Part shown: positions 36,091-46,684 of the stretch, piece by piece
How the letters are laid out: the number at the start of each line of letters is the position of its first letter
Position numbering within the stretch: position 1 is the first letter of the stretch
From: Candidatus Pacearchaeota archaeon
GTDB taxonomy: Archaea > Nanobdellota > Nanobdellia > Pacearchaeales > GW2011-AR1
Direction: 5' to 3'
Length of the DNA: 64,000 nucleotides
Assembly: GCA_040879805.1 (NCBI GenBank)
Contig: JBBDJP010000006.1
Span: 3,699 to 67,698 of the forward strand
The notes under the pieces: model-generated
The model's input: only the letters and a program-made list of their open reading frames with translations
Told to the model about the DNA's origin: nothing
The model's database searches: none
Made by a program: the position numbers and the translations under genes

Positions 36091-36253
36091 ACTACTTCTT
36101 CTTTTTAGGTTTTTTAGCTGCAGCTTTTTTCTTGGCCATTATTTGACCTCCTTTTTTAACTCATTAATAGAATATTTTTTTATTTTTAAATTAACCTTAA
36201 CACTAAAAAAGGACATCAATAAATAATAAAAAGCCTTAGTATCTTTTAACTTG

Positions 36254-36958
36254 ATGTTATGCTTGATTGGACTAGGGTTAAATGAAAAAGGATACAGTAG
36301 AGAAGCTTACGAGATAGTTTCAAAAGCTGATAAAGTTTACATTGAGAACTATACTGTTGAATTTCCTTACGACTTTAAAGAACTTGAAAGAGAGTTTAAG
36401 AAAGATTTAATTCCTGCAAATAGGGATTTAGTTGAATCTTCAAAACTTATAGAAGAGGCAAAAGAAAATGATGTTGTATTGCTTATTTATGGAAGTCCTT
36501 TAATGGCCACCACTCATATTTCTTTAGTTGAAGAAGCAAAAAAGAAAAATATTAGTGTTAAAATTATTCATGGAGGATCTGTTTTTGATTCTGTTGCTGA
36601 AACAGGACTCCAACTATATAAATTTGGTAAGATTGCCTCCATGCCAAATTTTAAGGCGGACAGCTATGTTAAAATTGTTCAAGACAATCAAAATATTAAT
36701 GCACATACCTTAATTCTAATTGATATAGGCATGGAATTTAAAGACGCATTAAAAAAACTAGATGAAGACTGTAAAAATAAGGTTAAACTAGAAAAAATAA
36801 TTATTTGTTCAAAATTAGGGACCGAAACTAAGAAAATTATTTATAAAAAAATTGGTAATTTGAATAAAATTAAAACAATAAATCCCCCCTTCTGCTTTAT
36901 TATTCCTGGAAAACTTCATTTCATTGAAGAAGAAGTCTTAACTTCTTTTGAAAATTAA
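36254..36958 (+). CDS. dph5: diphthine synthase
   Basis: MLCLIGLGLNEKGYS...ADKVYIENYT...VVLLIYGSPLMATTH is the tetrapyrrole-methylase-fold Dph5 pattern. Its EF-2 target histidine is present in the same window. Confidence 0.85.
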   Translation: MLCLIGLGLNEKGYSREAYEIVSKADKVYIENYTVEFPYDFKELEREFKKDLIPANRDLVESSKLIEEAKENDVVLLIYGSPLMATTHISLVEEAKKKNISVKIIHGGSVFDSVAETGLQLYKFGKIASMPNFKADSYVKIVQDNQNINAHTLILIDIGMEFKDALKKLDEDCKNKVKLEKIIICSKLGTETKKIIYKKIGNLNKIKTINPPFCFIIPGKLHFIEEEVLTSFEN

Positions 36959-36992
36959 GTAATATTATAAGTATATTTTTAATTAAATCAAT

Positions 36993-37265
36993 TTAGTTTA
37001 ATGGAATATAATTTTCATATAAAATTTCCTTAGCCCTTACAATATCTCCATTATGATTAAAATCACAATAATCAATTTTATTTGTTTGGCACCAAACCCT
37101 GTCATAAAGGCTATCTTTAAGAATTCCATAAAACTCTTTAACCTGTTCTCCAGAAAGTCCTTGGATTTTCTTTTCTATAATTTGGGCCCTTTCAAGAAGT
37201 TCTGGATTCCATTGATTCTTGACCGTACTATCTTCAGCATCCAATATTCTAAGTAGATCTATCAT
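36993..37265 (-). CDS. hypothetical protein
   Basis: A 90-aa ORF. No family recognised. Confidence 0.35.
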   Translation of the reverse strand: MIDLLRILDAEDSTVKNQWNPELLERAQIIEKKIQGLSGEQVKEFYGILKDSLYDRVWCQTNKIDYCDFNHNGDIVRAKEILYENYIPLN

Positions 37266-37353
37266 AAATATATGTTAAAATCTCTTATTTTTAAGAATTT
37301 ATGTTTAAAACAACAATAATCAATTTTAAAAAACCTTGATACTCTTTAATATT

Positions 37354-40206
37354 ATGGTTAGCATTAGCGATCAAGAAAAAGAAATTTTAGAATTTTGGAA
37401 AAAGAATAAGATCTTCCACAAATCTCTGGAAAAAACAGGGAAAAAGGAATCTTATGTATTTTATGATGGTCCTCCATTTGCTACAGGAATGCCTCACTAT
37501 GGCCATATTTTAGGTTCTGTAACAAAAGATGTTTTTGGAAGATTTCATACAATGCAAGGAAAATATGTAAGGAGAACTTGGGGATGGGATTGTCACGGAC
37601 TTCCTATCGAAAACATTGCTGAAAAAAGATTAAAAATTGATTCTAAAGATGAAATAGAAAAGATTGGAATAAAAAAATTTAATGATTATTGTAGAAAATG
37701 TGTTATGGAATATTCTGGTGCTTGGAAAGATGTTGTAGATAGGATCGGAAGATGGGTAGATATGGATAATGACTATAAGACTATGGATAATAATTATATT
37801 GAATCTGTATGGTGGGCATTCAAACAACTCTGGAATAAGGATTATATCTATGAAGGAGAAAAAGTTTTGATGTACTGTCCTAGATGTTCTACCCCTTTAT
37901 CTAAGGCAGAAATTGCAATGGATAATTCTTATAAAACAATTAAAGAAAACTCTATTGTTATAAAATTCAAATTAAAAGATGAGGATGCTTATGCTCTTGC
38001 ATGGACTACTACACCTTGGACCCTTCCTTCAAATCTTGCTTTGGCAGTAAATCCTGATTTAGACTACATCTACATAAAAGATAAAACTAATGGAGAAACA
38101 TATTTGATCGCTAGAGATGTTCTTGATGATTTTTACAAAAATAAAAAAGATTATGAAATAGTTAAAAATATTAAAGGAAAAAAATTGGAAGGGAAAGAAT
38201 ACGAACCTCTTTTTTCTTATTTCAAAAATACTAAAAATTCTTTTAAATTTGTAGTTGGAGATTTTGTCAATTCTGAAGATGGAACTGGAATTGTTCATAC
38301 TGCTCCTGCTTTTGGAGAAGAAGATTATGAAATCTGCAAAAAATATGAAATACCTACAATCCAGCCTGTTGATGAAAAGGGAAGATTCACTGAAGAGGTT
38401 AAAGATTTTAAAGGGAAATTTGTTCATCATTCAAACAAAGAAATAATTGAATTTCTGAAAAAACAGGGGAAGATTGTCCTTATTAAAAATATAGAGCATG
38501 AATATCCTTTTTGTTATAGGTGTGAAACTAAATTAATTTACAGAGCAATTCCTGCATGGTTTGTAAATATTCAAAAGATAAAACCAAAACTCATTAAGAT
38601 GAGTAAAAATATAAATTGGCATCCAAACTTTCTCAAAGATGGTCGCGTTAAACACACTATAGAAACTGCTCCAGATTGGAATATCTCAAGAAACAGATAC
38701 TGGGCTAGCGCAATACCTCTTTGGGTTTCAGAAGATGGGGAAAAAATAGTCATTGGAAGTGTTGATGAATTGAAGAAATACGCAAAAAATTTGAAAGGGA
38801 AAGTTGATCTACACAAAGATTTTTTAGATAAAATTATTCTCGAAAAAGATGGGAAAGAATTTAGAAGAGTTCCCGAAGTATTAGATTGTTGGTTTGAATC
38901 AGGATCTATGACTTTTGCACAATTTCATTATCCTTTCAAGAATGAAGAACTTTTCAAAAAAAACTTTCCTGCAGATTTTGTTGCTGAATATATTGCACAA
39001 GTAAGAACTTGGTTTTATTATATGATGGTTTTATCTGCAATTTTGTTTGAAGAAATTCCTTTTAAAAATGTGGTGACTACTGGAACCATTCTTGCAGAAG
39101 ATGGGGAAAAGATGAGCAAAAGCAAAAATAACTTTACAGATCCTCTAATTCTTGTGAATAAATACGGGGCTGATGCATTGAGATTTTATCTTATAGGAAG
39201 CAGTGTTATGAATGCTGAGGACATGAATTTTTCAGATAAAGGTGTTGAAGAAATTTATAAAAAAATTATTTTAATATTATATAACTCTTTGAGATTCTAT
39301 AAAATAGTTAGTAAAAACAGTGATGGTAAAATTGAAAAACCTTCTAAAAAAAACATAACAGACAAATGGATTTTATCAAGATTAGAAAAATTTGGAAATA
39401 ATGTTGAATCATATCTCAAAAACTACAACACTATAAAAAGTTGTTCAGAAATAAGAGAATTTGTAGATGATTTGTCTACATGGTATATTCGAGTTAATAG
39501 AGATCGGTTTGAAGAAAGTGCATCTGCTAGAGCAACCTTAAAATATATAATTGAAACTCTTTCAAAAATAATTGCTCCAATAATTCCCTTCATCTCAGAA
39601 AAAATTTACCTTGAATTGAACAAAGAAAAATCAGTTCATTTAGAAAAATATCCTAAATTTGATGAAAAGAATATAGATGATGAACTATTGGGTAAAATGT
39701 CAGAAGTAAGGGAAATTGTTTCATTAGGTTTGAAAGAAAGAGATAGAGAACAGATTGGGTTAAGATGGCCTCTGAGTAAAATTATAATTCACTCAAAAAG
39801 TAAAAAAGATTACAAAGAATTTGAACAAATAATTAAGGAACAATTAAATGTTAAATCTATTGTGTGGAAAAAATCAAAGTCATCAGAACAAGAAATTTCT
39901 GTGAAACTTGATACTAGTCAAACTCCAGACCTCGAGGCTGAAGGTTATGCAAGAGAAATTTCAAGGAAAGTTCAATCATTCAGAAAAAATCTTAACCTTG
40001 ATAAAAAAGATAGAATTAAGTTAACAATCGTCACTGATGGTGAATTCAAAAAAATATTAGAAAAAAATAATGCTTTCATAAAAGAAAGAACTGGATCAAA
40101 AACCTTCGAAATTGTCACAACTCTAAAGGAAAAATTTAAAAACAAAATATCCTTTAAAATAAAGAATAAAAGAGGTACATTAGGAATTACTGTTTCGGAA
40201 AAGTAA
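37354..40206 (+). CDS. ileS: isoleucyl-tRNA synthetase
   Basis: GPPFATGMPHYGHIL (HIGH region), WTTTPWTLPSN (editing domain) and KMSKSKNN are present. The start is moved from the TTG at 37336 to the ATG at 37354. Confidence 0.95.
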   Translation: MVSISDQEKEILEFWKKNKIFHKSLEKTGKKESYVFYDGPPFATGMPHYGHILGSVTKDVFGRFHTMQGKYVRRTWGWDCHGLPIENIAEKRLKIDSKDEIEKIGIKKFNDYCRKCVMEYSGAWKDVVDRIGRWVDMDNDYKTMDNNYIESVWWAFKQLWNKDYIYEGEKVLMYCPRCSTPLSKAEIAMDNSYKTIKENSIVIKFKLKDEDAYALAWTTTPWTLPSNLALAVNPDLDYIYIKDKTNGETYLIARDVLDDFYKNKKDYEIVKNIKGKKLEGKEYEPLFSYFKNTKNSFKFVVGDFVNSEDGTGIVHTAPAFGEEDYEICKKYEIPTIQPVDEKGRFTEEVKDFKGKFVHHSNKEIIEFLKKQGKIVLIKNIEHEYPFCYRCETKLIYRAIPAWFVNIQKIKPKLIKMSKNINWHPNFLKDGRVKHTIETAPDWNISRNRYWASAIPLWVSEDGEKIVIGSVDELKKYAKNLKGKVDLHKDFLDKIILEKDGKEFRRVPEVLDCWFESGSMTFAQFHYPFKNEELFKKNFPADFVAEYIAQVRTWFYYMMVLSAILFEEIPFKNVVTTGTILAEDGEKMSKSKNNFTDPLILVNKYGADALRFYLIGSSVMNAEDMNFSDKGVEEIYKKIILILYNSLRFYKIVSKNSDGKIEKPSKKNITDKWILSRLEKFGNNVESYLKNYNTIKSCSEIREFVDDLSTWYIRVNRDRFEESASARATLKYIIETLSKIIAPIIPFISEKIYLELNKEKSVHLEKYPKFDEKNIDDELLGKMSEVREIVSLGLKERDREQIGLRWPLSKIIIHSKSKKDYKEFEQIIKEQLNVKSIVWKKSKSSEQEISVKLDTSQTPDLEAEGYAREISRKVQSFRKNLNLDKKDRIKLTIVTDGEFKKILEKNNAFIKERTGSKTFEIVTTLKEKFKNKISFKIKNKRGTLGITVSEK

Positions 40207-40274
40207 TTCTAGTTGGTTACTCTTTTAACATAACAATCTTTAAAAAGAGATTGGACTATTAATAAATAAGAAAA

Positions 40275-41081
40275 ATGATTGTCAAAGAAGAATTTTTAAG
40301 TAGGCTGAGAAAGATTTTTGATTTAAATTTATATGAAGTTAAAGTATGGACTGCCCTTCTTTCACGGGGAACTTCTACTGCAGGAGAATTAAGTAATATT
40401 TCTGATGTCCCAAGATCAAGAACATATGATATTCTTGAAAGTCTTGAAAAAAAAGGATTCATAGTTATGAAACTTGGTAAACCTATAAAATTCATTGCCC
40501 TTAAACCAGAAGAAGTTGTTGAAAGAGTTAAAAAAAACTTGATGAAAGATGCTAAAGATAGGGCTAAAAGACTTGAAAAGCTTAAAGGAGATGAAGTTCT
40601 AAAAGAATTAGATGGTCTTTTTACAAAAGGAGTAAAATTTGTTGAACCTACTGATTTGTCTGGGAGCCTAAGAGGGCGTCAAAATGTTTACAACCATCTT
40701 GATATGATGATTCGTGAAGCTGAGGAAACTATCACAATAATGACTACTGCTGAAGGTCTTAATAGAAAAATGGAAGTTCTTATGCCAAGTCTTGAAAAAT
40801 GTAAAAAGAGGGGCGTCAAAATTAGAATAGCTGCTCCAATTAATAGTAACAATAAGAAAGTTGCTAATGATTTTAAGAAAGTTGCTGAAGTAAGAAATAT
40901 TGAAAAAATTAAAGCAAGATTTACTATAATTGATTCAAATCAATTAATGTTTATGCTCTTGGACGATGAAAAGTTCCATCCCAATTATGACATTAGTGTT
41001 TGGATAAATACTGAATTCTTTGCTCAAGCTCTTGAACAGTTATTTGAACTTGCCTGGAAAGAGATGAAGTCTGTTAAATAG
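40275..41081 (+). CDS. TrmB-family transcriptional regulator
   Basis: The N-terminal wHTH YEVKVWTALLSRGTSTAGELSNISDVPRSRTYDILESLEKKGFI is typical of TrmB. Confidence 0.8.
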   Translation: MIVKEEFLSRLRKIFDLNLYEVKVWTALLSRGTSTAGELSNISDVPRSRTYDILESLEKKGFIVMKLGKPIKFIALKPEEVVERVKKNLMKDAKDRAKRLEKLKGDEVLKELDGLFTKGVKFVEPTDLSGSLRGRQNVYNHLDMMIREAEETITIMTTAEGLNRKMEVLMPSLEKCKKRGVKIRIAAPINSNNKKVANDFKKVAEVRNIEKIKARFTIIDSNQLMFMLLDDEKFHPNYDISVWINTEFFAQALEQLFELAWKEMKSVK

Positions 41082-41574
41082 TTCTATTTTCTTCTAATCC
41101 ACTTAACGTATCAAGCCAATTAGTCCAAAGCATTGACATGACCTTTGAATCTTCTTTTCCTTTATTGATTCCCCTTGGAAGATAACTTAGAAAATTCCTT
41201 TTTTCAAAATCTTTTTCAGGAAAACCATCTTCTAAATCTAATGTAAGGTATTTTAATGAATTCTTCTTTGAAGGTACTGGGAATGTTATATTGCTTACTA
41301 ATCCTGTTTCCTTATTTTCTTCGTTTTTTAATAAAGTATAAGGATCATGAGAATTCAATACATTTATGGGTAAATTATCTTTTATAATGCCATACCTAAA
41401 AACCCTATCCACAATATCTCTTCCTTTTGCCTGCATTCTATTTATAACTTTTAATGGTAAAACAGTACTATAAAGTTTCTTTGCGAGTTCAACTCCTACA
41501 ATCGCTCCAGTGAATTTGGAATCATTATCATAGTAGATTGAAAACCCTTCTACATCTCTAAATCTCTTATTCAT
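41074..41574 (-). CDS. hypothetical protein
   Basis: A 166-aa ORF convergent with the trmB-like gene. No family recognised. Confidence 0.4.
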   Translation of the reverse strand: MNKRFRDVEGFSIYYDNDSKFTGAIVGVELAKKLYSTVLPLKVINRMQAKGRDIVDRVFRYGIIKDNLPINVLNSHDPYTLLKNEENKETGLVSNITFPVPSKKNSLKYLTLDLEDGFPEKDFEKRNFLSYLPRGINKGKEDSKVMSMLWTNWLDTLSGLEENRTI

Positions 41575-41631
41575 ACTATAGCAAAGATTCTCTTCTTTTT
41601 AAATGTAATAAAAAAATAAAAAAATAAAAAA

Positions 41632-41847
41632 TTAATATTCAAGTATTGCAGATATAATTCCAATTAAAGTTGTTATGATTACAATCCATCCTGCTATCTG
41701 AGCTACAACACTTCCACCTAGCCATAATGGTAAACTTAACGTTCCTGCTTCTGTACTTGCCATTGAGAAACCAACGGAAAGAGAAACAATTACTCCTGTA
41801 ATCCATGCAACAAAATTCAAAACTTTTCCACCTTTTTTCTTAGCCAT
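41632..41847 (-). CDS. small two-TM membrane protein
   Basis: A GGAGGT Shine-Dalgarno-like motif lies 8 nt upstream. Hydrophobic segments are NFVAWITGVIVSLSVGF and VAQIAGWIVIITTLIGII. Confidence 0.5.
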   Translation of the reverse strand: MAKKKGGKVLNFVAWITGVIVSLSVGFSMASTEAGTLSLPLWLGGSVVAQIAGWIVIITTLIGIISAILEY

Positions 41848-41937
41848 ATTTTATACCTCCTTTTACTTTTCTAATTTAAACTTGGAGAAAAATTCTCCCT
41901 GATTGATCATAAAAAGAAGAAATTAATAATTAAAAAA

Positions 41938-42393
41938 TTATTTCTTCTTTGTTTTTCTCTTGCCTGATGATTTCTTCTTAGCTTTTCTCTTTGTCATTTT
42001 CTTGACAGGAGACCTCTTCTTAACCTTCTTTTTCGAAGATTTTTTCTTTTTATCTCCACCAGAAATTCCTGAAAGAGTTGCCCTATAAGATATTGGCTTT
42101 TGATCAGTAACTAGTTTTATTGCTCTTTCTGCTACTTTTTTAGATCTTGATATATTATTTCTTATGTCTTTATCAAGCCTCTTAAGTTCTTTGTTCGTTT
42201 TTTTAACAGAAGACGCAAGTGCTCTTTCAGAAATTTTTCCAAAGAAAAACCTTTTACTTTCTTGATCAAATTCATTCAAAAGACCTTGTTTCTCATCCTG
42301 TCTTGCTCTAACAAGTTCACCAGCCACATTGAATTCTTTCAAAAATTTAGCAAAAGAATTCTCATTCATATGTTTTGTTTGAACCATTTTCAC
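41938..42393 (-). CDS. hypothetical protein with extremely Lys-rich C-terminal tail
   Basis: GGAGGTG lies upstream. The C-terminal ~45 aa are GGDKKKKSSKKKVKKRSPVKKMTKRKAKKKSSGKRKTKKK, a histone-H1-like tail. A nucleic-acid-binding role is only a guess. Confidence 0.45.
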   Translation of the reverse strand: MKMVQTKHMNENSFAKFLKEFNVAGELVRARQDEKQGLLNEFDQESKRFFFGKISERALASSVKKTNKELKRLDKDIRNNISRSKKVAERAIKLVTDQKPISYRATLSGISGGDKKKKSSKKKVKKRSPVKKMTKRKAKKKSSGKRKTKKK

Positions 42394-42440
42394 CTCCTTT
42401 AGTTTATATAATAAAATAATTACATTTAAATAAGTTTTGA

Positions 42441-44471
42441 TTATTTATTTTTAATCTGTAGTGCTCTAACTTCATCTAAAACTCTTGAATCTGGTGAAAG
42501 GATAAAAACATGATCTTCTTTTGACCTTAATGCACGATATACTTTTTGCAAAAATTCTCTTTTTGCTTTATCTTTATAAAATTCCCAATAATATTCTGGA
42601 TGAGTTTGTTTAATAACTTTCCAAAATATGTCTTTTACATTTGGGTTTGGAAATTTTGTAAAAATTATTGAGTTACAAATTTCTCCAGGAAAATCAACTC
42701 CTCTTCCACATTTTGTTGAAAATAAATTTGGAAACTTTCCTTTTTTAAAATTCTCTATCTCTCTTCCAAATTTATCTTGTCTCTGATTATGTATTAAATC
42801 TTCTTTAGAAATAAGATTGTGAAGTATAAATTTTTTTCTTTCATCTATAGAAGGAAGATCATTAAATGCTTGAACATGGATAAGTGTAGGATCTACAGAT
42901 CTTTCAACACACTCTGATAAAGATTCTAAATAATCTTCTCTTGAATATCTTCCCGAAATAAAATTTGAATACCTACAATCTATTTCCTTCCCTGTTTTTA
43001 TGATCTCAATATTTCCAGGGTGCATCATCTCAGCTTCAACAACCTTGTAATCTTTAATCTTAAAAATATGTTCTAGCACTTTTTTTGAATGTAATGTTCC
43101 TGTCATTAAAACAAGAGTTTTTGTTTTTGATAAAAGATCTTTTATTTTATAAGAGAGATTTGTGCTAACAATCTTAACAAACAAATTTTCATCCTCTTTC
43201 CTATAAGTTAAATAAACCCCTTCAGAATCTTCTGAAAAGTTTCTAGCAACTTCAAGAGCTTTATTTGCATAATTTAATTCATCAAGAGATATTTCTGCTT
43301 GAAGTTCCAAATTAGAATTTAATATTGTAAATATTTTTTTTAAGTTTGTTTCTTCGATTTTGAAAATTTTAGACTCATCTACTCCTATCGCTCTTTTATT
43401 TTTTTCTTCAAGACTTATTAACCTAATAATATCATTAACTGCTTCCTCAGAAGATTTTTCCACACCTAATGAAACTAATGATTTTGCAAGCCAGGATAAA
43501 TTTAAATCTGATTGCTCAAAGAAACTATCAAGAAATATATCTGCCTCATCAATTATGTCTACTTCAGTAAGTGGTTTTCTCCCTATGGCTATTTCGGAAT
43601 TGTACTTTGCAGAATTAAAAATTATTGCATCTGATTTTTTGTAAGAAAGATACTGATCATAATATGAACATCCGGGCTTCCTATGATAAAAAACATATTT
43701 TTTTTTATCGCATCCAACATACTCATATTTTTTCGAATCTGTTAAATGTTTTATTTCATAATCTGACCTAATTATGGGGCTCCAATGAGGATTTGCAGGA
43801 GCTATTGAAATTCTTCTTAATTTACTTATATCTCCAAAATCTTTGCTTTGAATAAATGGATTTTCCTGATAATAACCCCTAATCTGCTTTGAGTTTCTTT
43901 CAGTTATTTTTATTGTATCTGGAAGTGTTGGATCTGCACAAGAAACTCCTGGCCTTATTATTGAATCATGATTCTCCCTCCCCGTTATCATTGCTATTTT
44001 CATTTTATTTCCTGAGGGTTTTACAACATACATTTTTCCAGAATAATCTTTCTCATATTGAGTTTGAAGAGTTTTCACAGGAACAACTATTGAAGATTTT
44101 CCAACAAGGCGTGCAACATTCAATGCTATTGCACTCTTTCCAGTTCCACAAGCCCCATGTAAAAAAATAATTTTATTTCCTTCTTCAATTAAAGAATATA
44201 TTTCTTTTACAATATCTTCTTGTGTCTTTCCATTTGAGAATTTTAATGGTTTTAAAAAAGAAGTATTTTCATAAAGGCTCCAATAACTTTTTTCAAAAAT
44301 ATTTTCCATTTTAGGGGAATCTCCTTTTTCGGGTCTTAAAAAAGATAAAGAATCTGATGTTTGAAGCTTTCTTTCTGGATATTTTAAATCCTCAAAATTA
44401 TCTTCATCATTTCCATCCTCTTTTTTTACGCCAACAAATCTTCCTAAATTATCAAAAACTAGTTTACTCAT
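42441..44471 (-). CDS. DinG/XPD(Rad3)-related SF2 helicase
   Basis: Walker A LHGACGTGKSAIAL, IIDEADIF (motif II) and the C-terminal block FSTKCGRGVDFPGEICNSIIFTKFPNP typical of the DinG/XPD helicase C-domain. Only three Cys (incl. GCSYYDQY) occupy the place of the 4-Cys FeS module. The start could instead be 44537, overlapping argS by 23 nt. Confidence 0.65.
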   Translation of the reverse strand: MSKLVFDNLGRFVGVKKEDGNDEDNFEDLKYPERKLQTSDSLSFLRPEKGDSPKMENIFEKSYWSLYENTSFLKPLKFSNGKTQEDIVKEIYSLIEEGNKIIFLHGACGTGKSAIALNVARLVGKSSIVVPVKTLQTQYEKDYSGKMYVVKPSGNKMKIAMITGRENHDSIIRPGVSCADPTLPDTIKITERNSKQIRGYYQENPFIQSKDFGDISKLRRISIAPANPHWSPIIRSDYEIKHLTDSKKYEYVGCDKKKYVFYHRKPGCSYYDQYLSYKKSDAIIFNSAKYNSEIAIGRKPLTEVDIIDEADIFLDSFFEQSDLNLSWLAKSLVSLGVEKSSEEAVNDIIRLISLEEKNKRAIGVDESKIFKIEETNLKKIFTILNSNLELQAEISLDELNYANKALEVARNFSEDSEGVYLTYRKEDENLFVKIVSTNLSYKIKDLLSKTKTLVLMTGTLHSKKVLEHIFKIKDYKVVEAEMMHPGNIEIIKTGKEIDCRYSNFISGRYSREDYLESLSECVERSVDPTLIHVQAFNDLPSIDERKKFILHNLISKEDLIHNQRQDKFGREIENFKKGKFPNLFSTKCGRGVDFPGEICNSIIFTKFPNPNVKDIFWKVIKQTHPEYYWEFYKDKAKREFLQKVYRALRSKEDHVFILSPDSRVLDEVRALQIKNK

Positions 44472-44514
44472 AAGGACTTCTGGAAAAAGGGGTTTAAAAA
44501 ATTTGATGTCAATT

Positions 44515-46212
44515 TCACATTTCTTCAAGAACTTCAATCCCTAATAAATTTAATGAGTTTTTCAAAACTTGTCTGAAGGATTCAACCAGAGTCAATCTAA
44601 AAGATTCCTCGTCAGATCCAATAACTCTACACATATGATAAAATTCATTAAAAGTCTGTGCTAGTTGAAATGAATAATTAGCAATTAATGCAGGATTTAA
44701 ATTTTTAGACGCATTTAAAACGACTTCTGGAAAGAATGAAAGTTTCTTTATAAGCTCAACTTCCTTATCTTCTAATTCAGGAACTTCGAATTTCTTTTCT
44801 TTGGGAGCGTTTTTCATAATTGAACTAGCTCTTGCATAGCTATAGAGAATATAAGGTCCTGTATCTCCTTCAAATGAAACAGACTCTTTGGGATTAAAAA
44901 GTATATTTTTATTTATATCAACTTTAAGCAGCATGTATTTTATCGCAGCTAAAGCTACAATAAGGCTTCTCTTTTTAAGTTCAGATTTTGAGATTTTCTC
45001 TCTCTTGGAAATCTCTTTTTCAGCCATGACTCTTATTTTTTCAATTAAATCATCTGCATCAACAACAGTCCCTTCACGACTTTTCATTTTACCTGAAGGA
45101 AGATTCACCATCCCATATGAAATATTTGCCATCTCTTTGTCAAATCCCATCTTCTCTAAAACAGAAAATAAAACCTTAAAATGGTACTCTTGCTCATTTC
45201 CAGTTACATAAAGAGATTTGTCAAGATCATATTTATCAAACTTTAATTTTGCTAAGGCAATATCTTGAGTTATGTAAAGTGAAGTTCCATCACTTCTTAA
45301 AAGAATTTTTTCTCCCAATCCTTCATCTTCTAAATTTATTTTTACTTCACCTTTTTTTGTTTTTTCAAACAAGCCTTTATCAACACCCTCTAATATAATC
45401 TCTTTTCCTTTACCATAAATTTTACTTTCAAAAAAATCAACATCATGTTTAATTCCAAACTTCTTGTAAGTTTCTTTGAAACCTTTAAGAGCCCAGTTAT
45501 TCATAAGTCTCCATATCATTAATGTTTCCTTATCTCCATCTTCCCACTTTTTCAACATTTCTTGAGCTTCCTTCTCTAGTTTTTTTGTTTTTTTCTTATT
45601 AAATAATGTATAAAAATGTCCTACAAAATGATCTGGTTTTATTTTCTTGTCATCAGGAGTTTTTTCTTTTCCCCATTTTTTATATGCAAGCATAGACTTA
45701 CATATGTGTATTCCCCTGTCATTATCCAAGTTTGCTCTAATTACTTTTTCCCCACAGAACTCTAAAATTCTTGATATACTTTCACCAATTGCCATATTCC
45801 TTAAATGACCTAAATGTAATGGTTTGTTAGTATTAGGTGAACAAAATTCAACCATTGTTTTTTTCTTCTTCTTTGGTTTTATCTTTCCGTAGTCTTTCTT
45901 TTTCATTATGGCATCCCAAACAATTTGCCGAGCAAGGCTTTTCCTATTAACAAAAAAGTTTATGTAAGGACCTTCTGTCTGAATATCTTCAAAATCGGTT
46001 TCTGGAAAATTTCCAATCTTCTGCCTAATTTCAATTGCAATTTGAGAAGAATTGTCTTTGAGTTTTTCTGAAAAAGCAAAGCAAGGAAATGCATAATCTC
46101 CAAATTCAGGGTTGGGAGGAATTTCAATTAAATCAATTACTTCTTTTTTACTAATTTCAATTCCCTTTTCCTTCAGGGCCTTCATAACAACTTTTGCCAC
46201 CACTTCTTTCAT
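44515..46212 (-). CDS. argS: arginyl-tRNA synthetase
   Basis: SPNTNKPLHLGHLRN (HIGH) is present. The N-terminal add-on domain and C-terminal DALR-like anticodon-binding region are collinear with ArgRS. Confidence 0.95.
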   Translation of the reverse strand: MKEVVAKVVMKALKEKGIEISKKEVIDLIEIPPNPEFGDYAFPCFAFSEKLKDNSSQIAIEIRQKIGNFPETDFEDIQTEGPYINFFVNRKSLARQIVWDAIMKKKDYGKIKPKKKKKTMVEFCSPNTNKPLHLGHLRNMAIGESISRILEFCGEKVIRANLDNDRGIHICKSMLAYKKWGKEKTPDDKKIKPDHFVGHFYTLFNKKKTKKLEKEAQEMLKKWEDGDKETLMIWRLMNNWALKGFKETYKKFGIKHDVDFFESKIYGKGKEIILEGVDKGLFEKTKKGEVKINLEDEGLGEKILLRSDGTSLYITQDIALAKLKFDKYDLDKSLYVTGNEQEYHFKVLFSVLEKMGFDKEMANISYGMVNLPSGKMKSREGTVVDADDLIEKIRVMAEKEISKREKISKSELKKRSLIVALAAIKYMLLKVDINKNILFNPKESVSFEGDTGPYILYSYARASSIMKNAPKEKKFEVPELEDKEVELIKKLSFFPEVVLNASKNLNPALIANYSFQLAQTFNEFYHMCRVIGSDEESFRLTLVESFRQVLKNSLNLLGIEVLEEM

Positions 46213-46306
46213 TATCCAAGTTATGAATAGATAGTTAATAAAGATTTTGAAAATATATGAAAATCAAAAGGAGAAACTATTTAAGATGGGATTTTTTAAG
46301 TGATTT

Positions 46307-46528
46307 ATGGCAGATGTTAAAAAGGATAACTTGGAAAAGGCTCTTGAAAAAGAACAAGGATCTCAACCGATGTCTAAAGAATCTGAAATTGGTTTCCACC
46401 AAGGGGCTCTTAATACCTTGGTTAACGAGAGAAATGAATTGTTTAAAATGATTCAGAATGTTGAGAAAATTATGCAAGCACATCTGAAAAGATTGGAAGA
46501 GCTTGGAGTTAAAATACAAAAAAAGTAG
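46307..46528 (+). CDS. hypothetical small coiled-coil protein
   Basis: 73 aa, charged and helical. Its 3' end contains the promoter of the following tRNA. Confidence 0.35.
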   Translation: MADVKKDNLEKALEKEQGSQPMSKESEIGFHQGALNTLVNERNELFKMIQNVEKIMQAHLKRLEELGVKIQKK

Positions 46529-46535
46529 ATTTGAT

Positions 46536-46620
46536 GAGGGGGTGCCGGAGTGGTCAAACGGGCTGGACTTAAGATCCAGTGGTCTTGTACCTTACGCAGG
46601 TTCGAATCCTGCCCCCTTCA
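46536..46620 (+). tRNA. tRNA-Leu (anticodon UAA)
   Basis: Acceptor GAGGGGG/CCCCTTC (one G-U), anticodon arm CTGGA-CTTAAGA-TCCAG, long variable arm, T arm GCAGG-TTCGAAT-CCTGC, discriminator A73. Confidence 0.9.
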
Positions 46621-46654
46621 TGTTACTTTCTAGTGAAAATCCCTCTCCGAAAGG

Positions 46655-46662
46655 TTTAAAAG
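46655..46662 (+). promoter_or_regulatory. TATA-like box (TTTAAAAG) upstream of the structured RNA candidate
   Basis: AAGGTTTAAAAGT has the same motif as the tRNA/SRP promoters. Its centre lies ~26 nt before 46685. Confidence 0.4.
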
Positions 46663-46684
46663 TAAGAAAACTATTAAATATATT

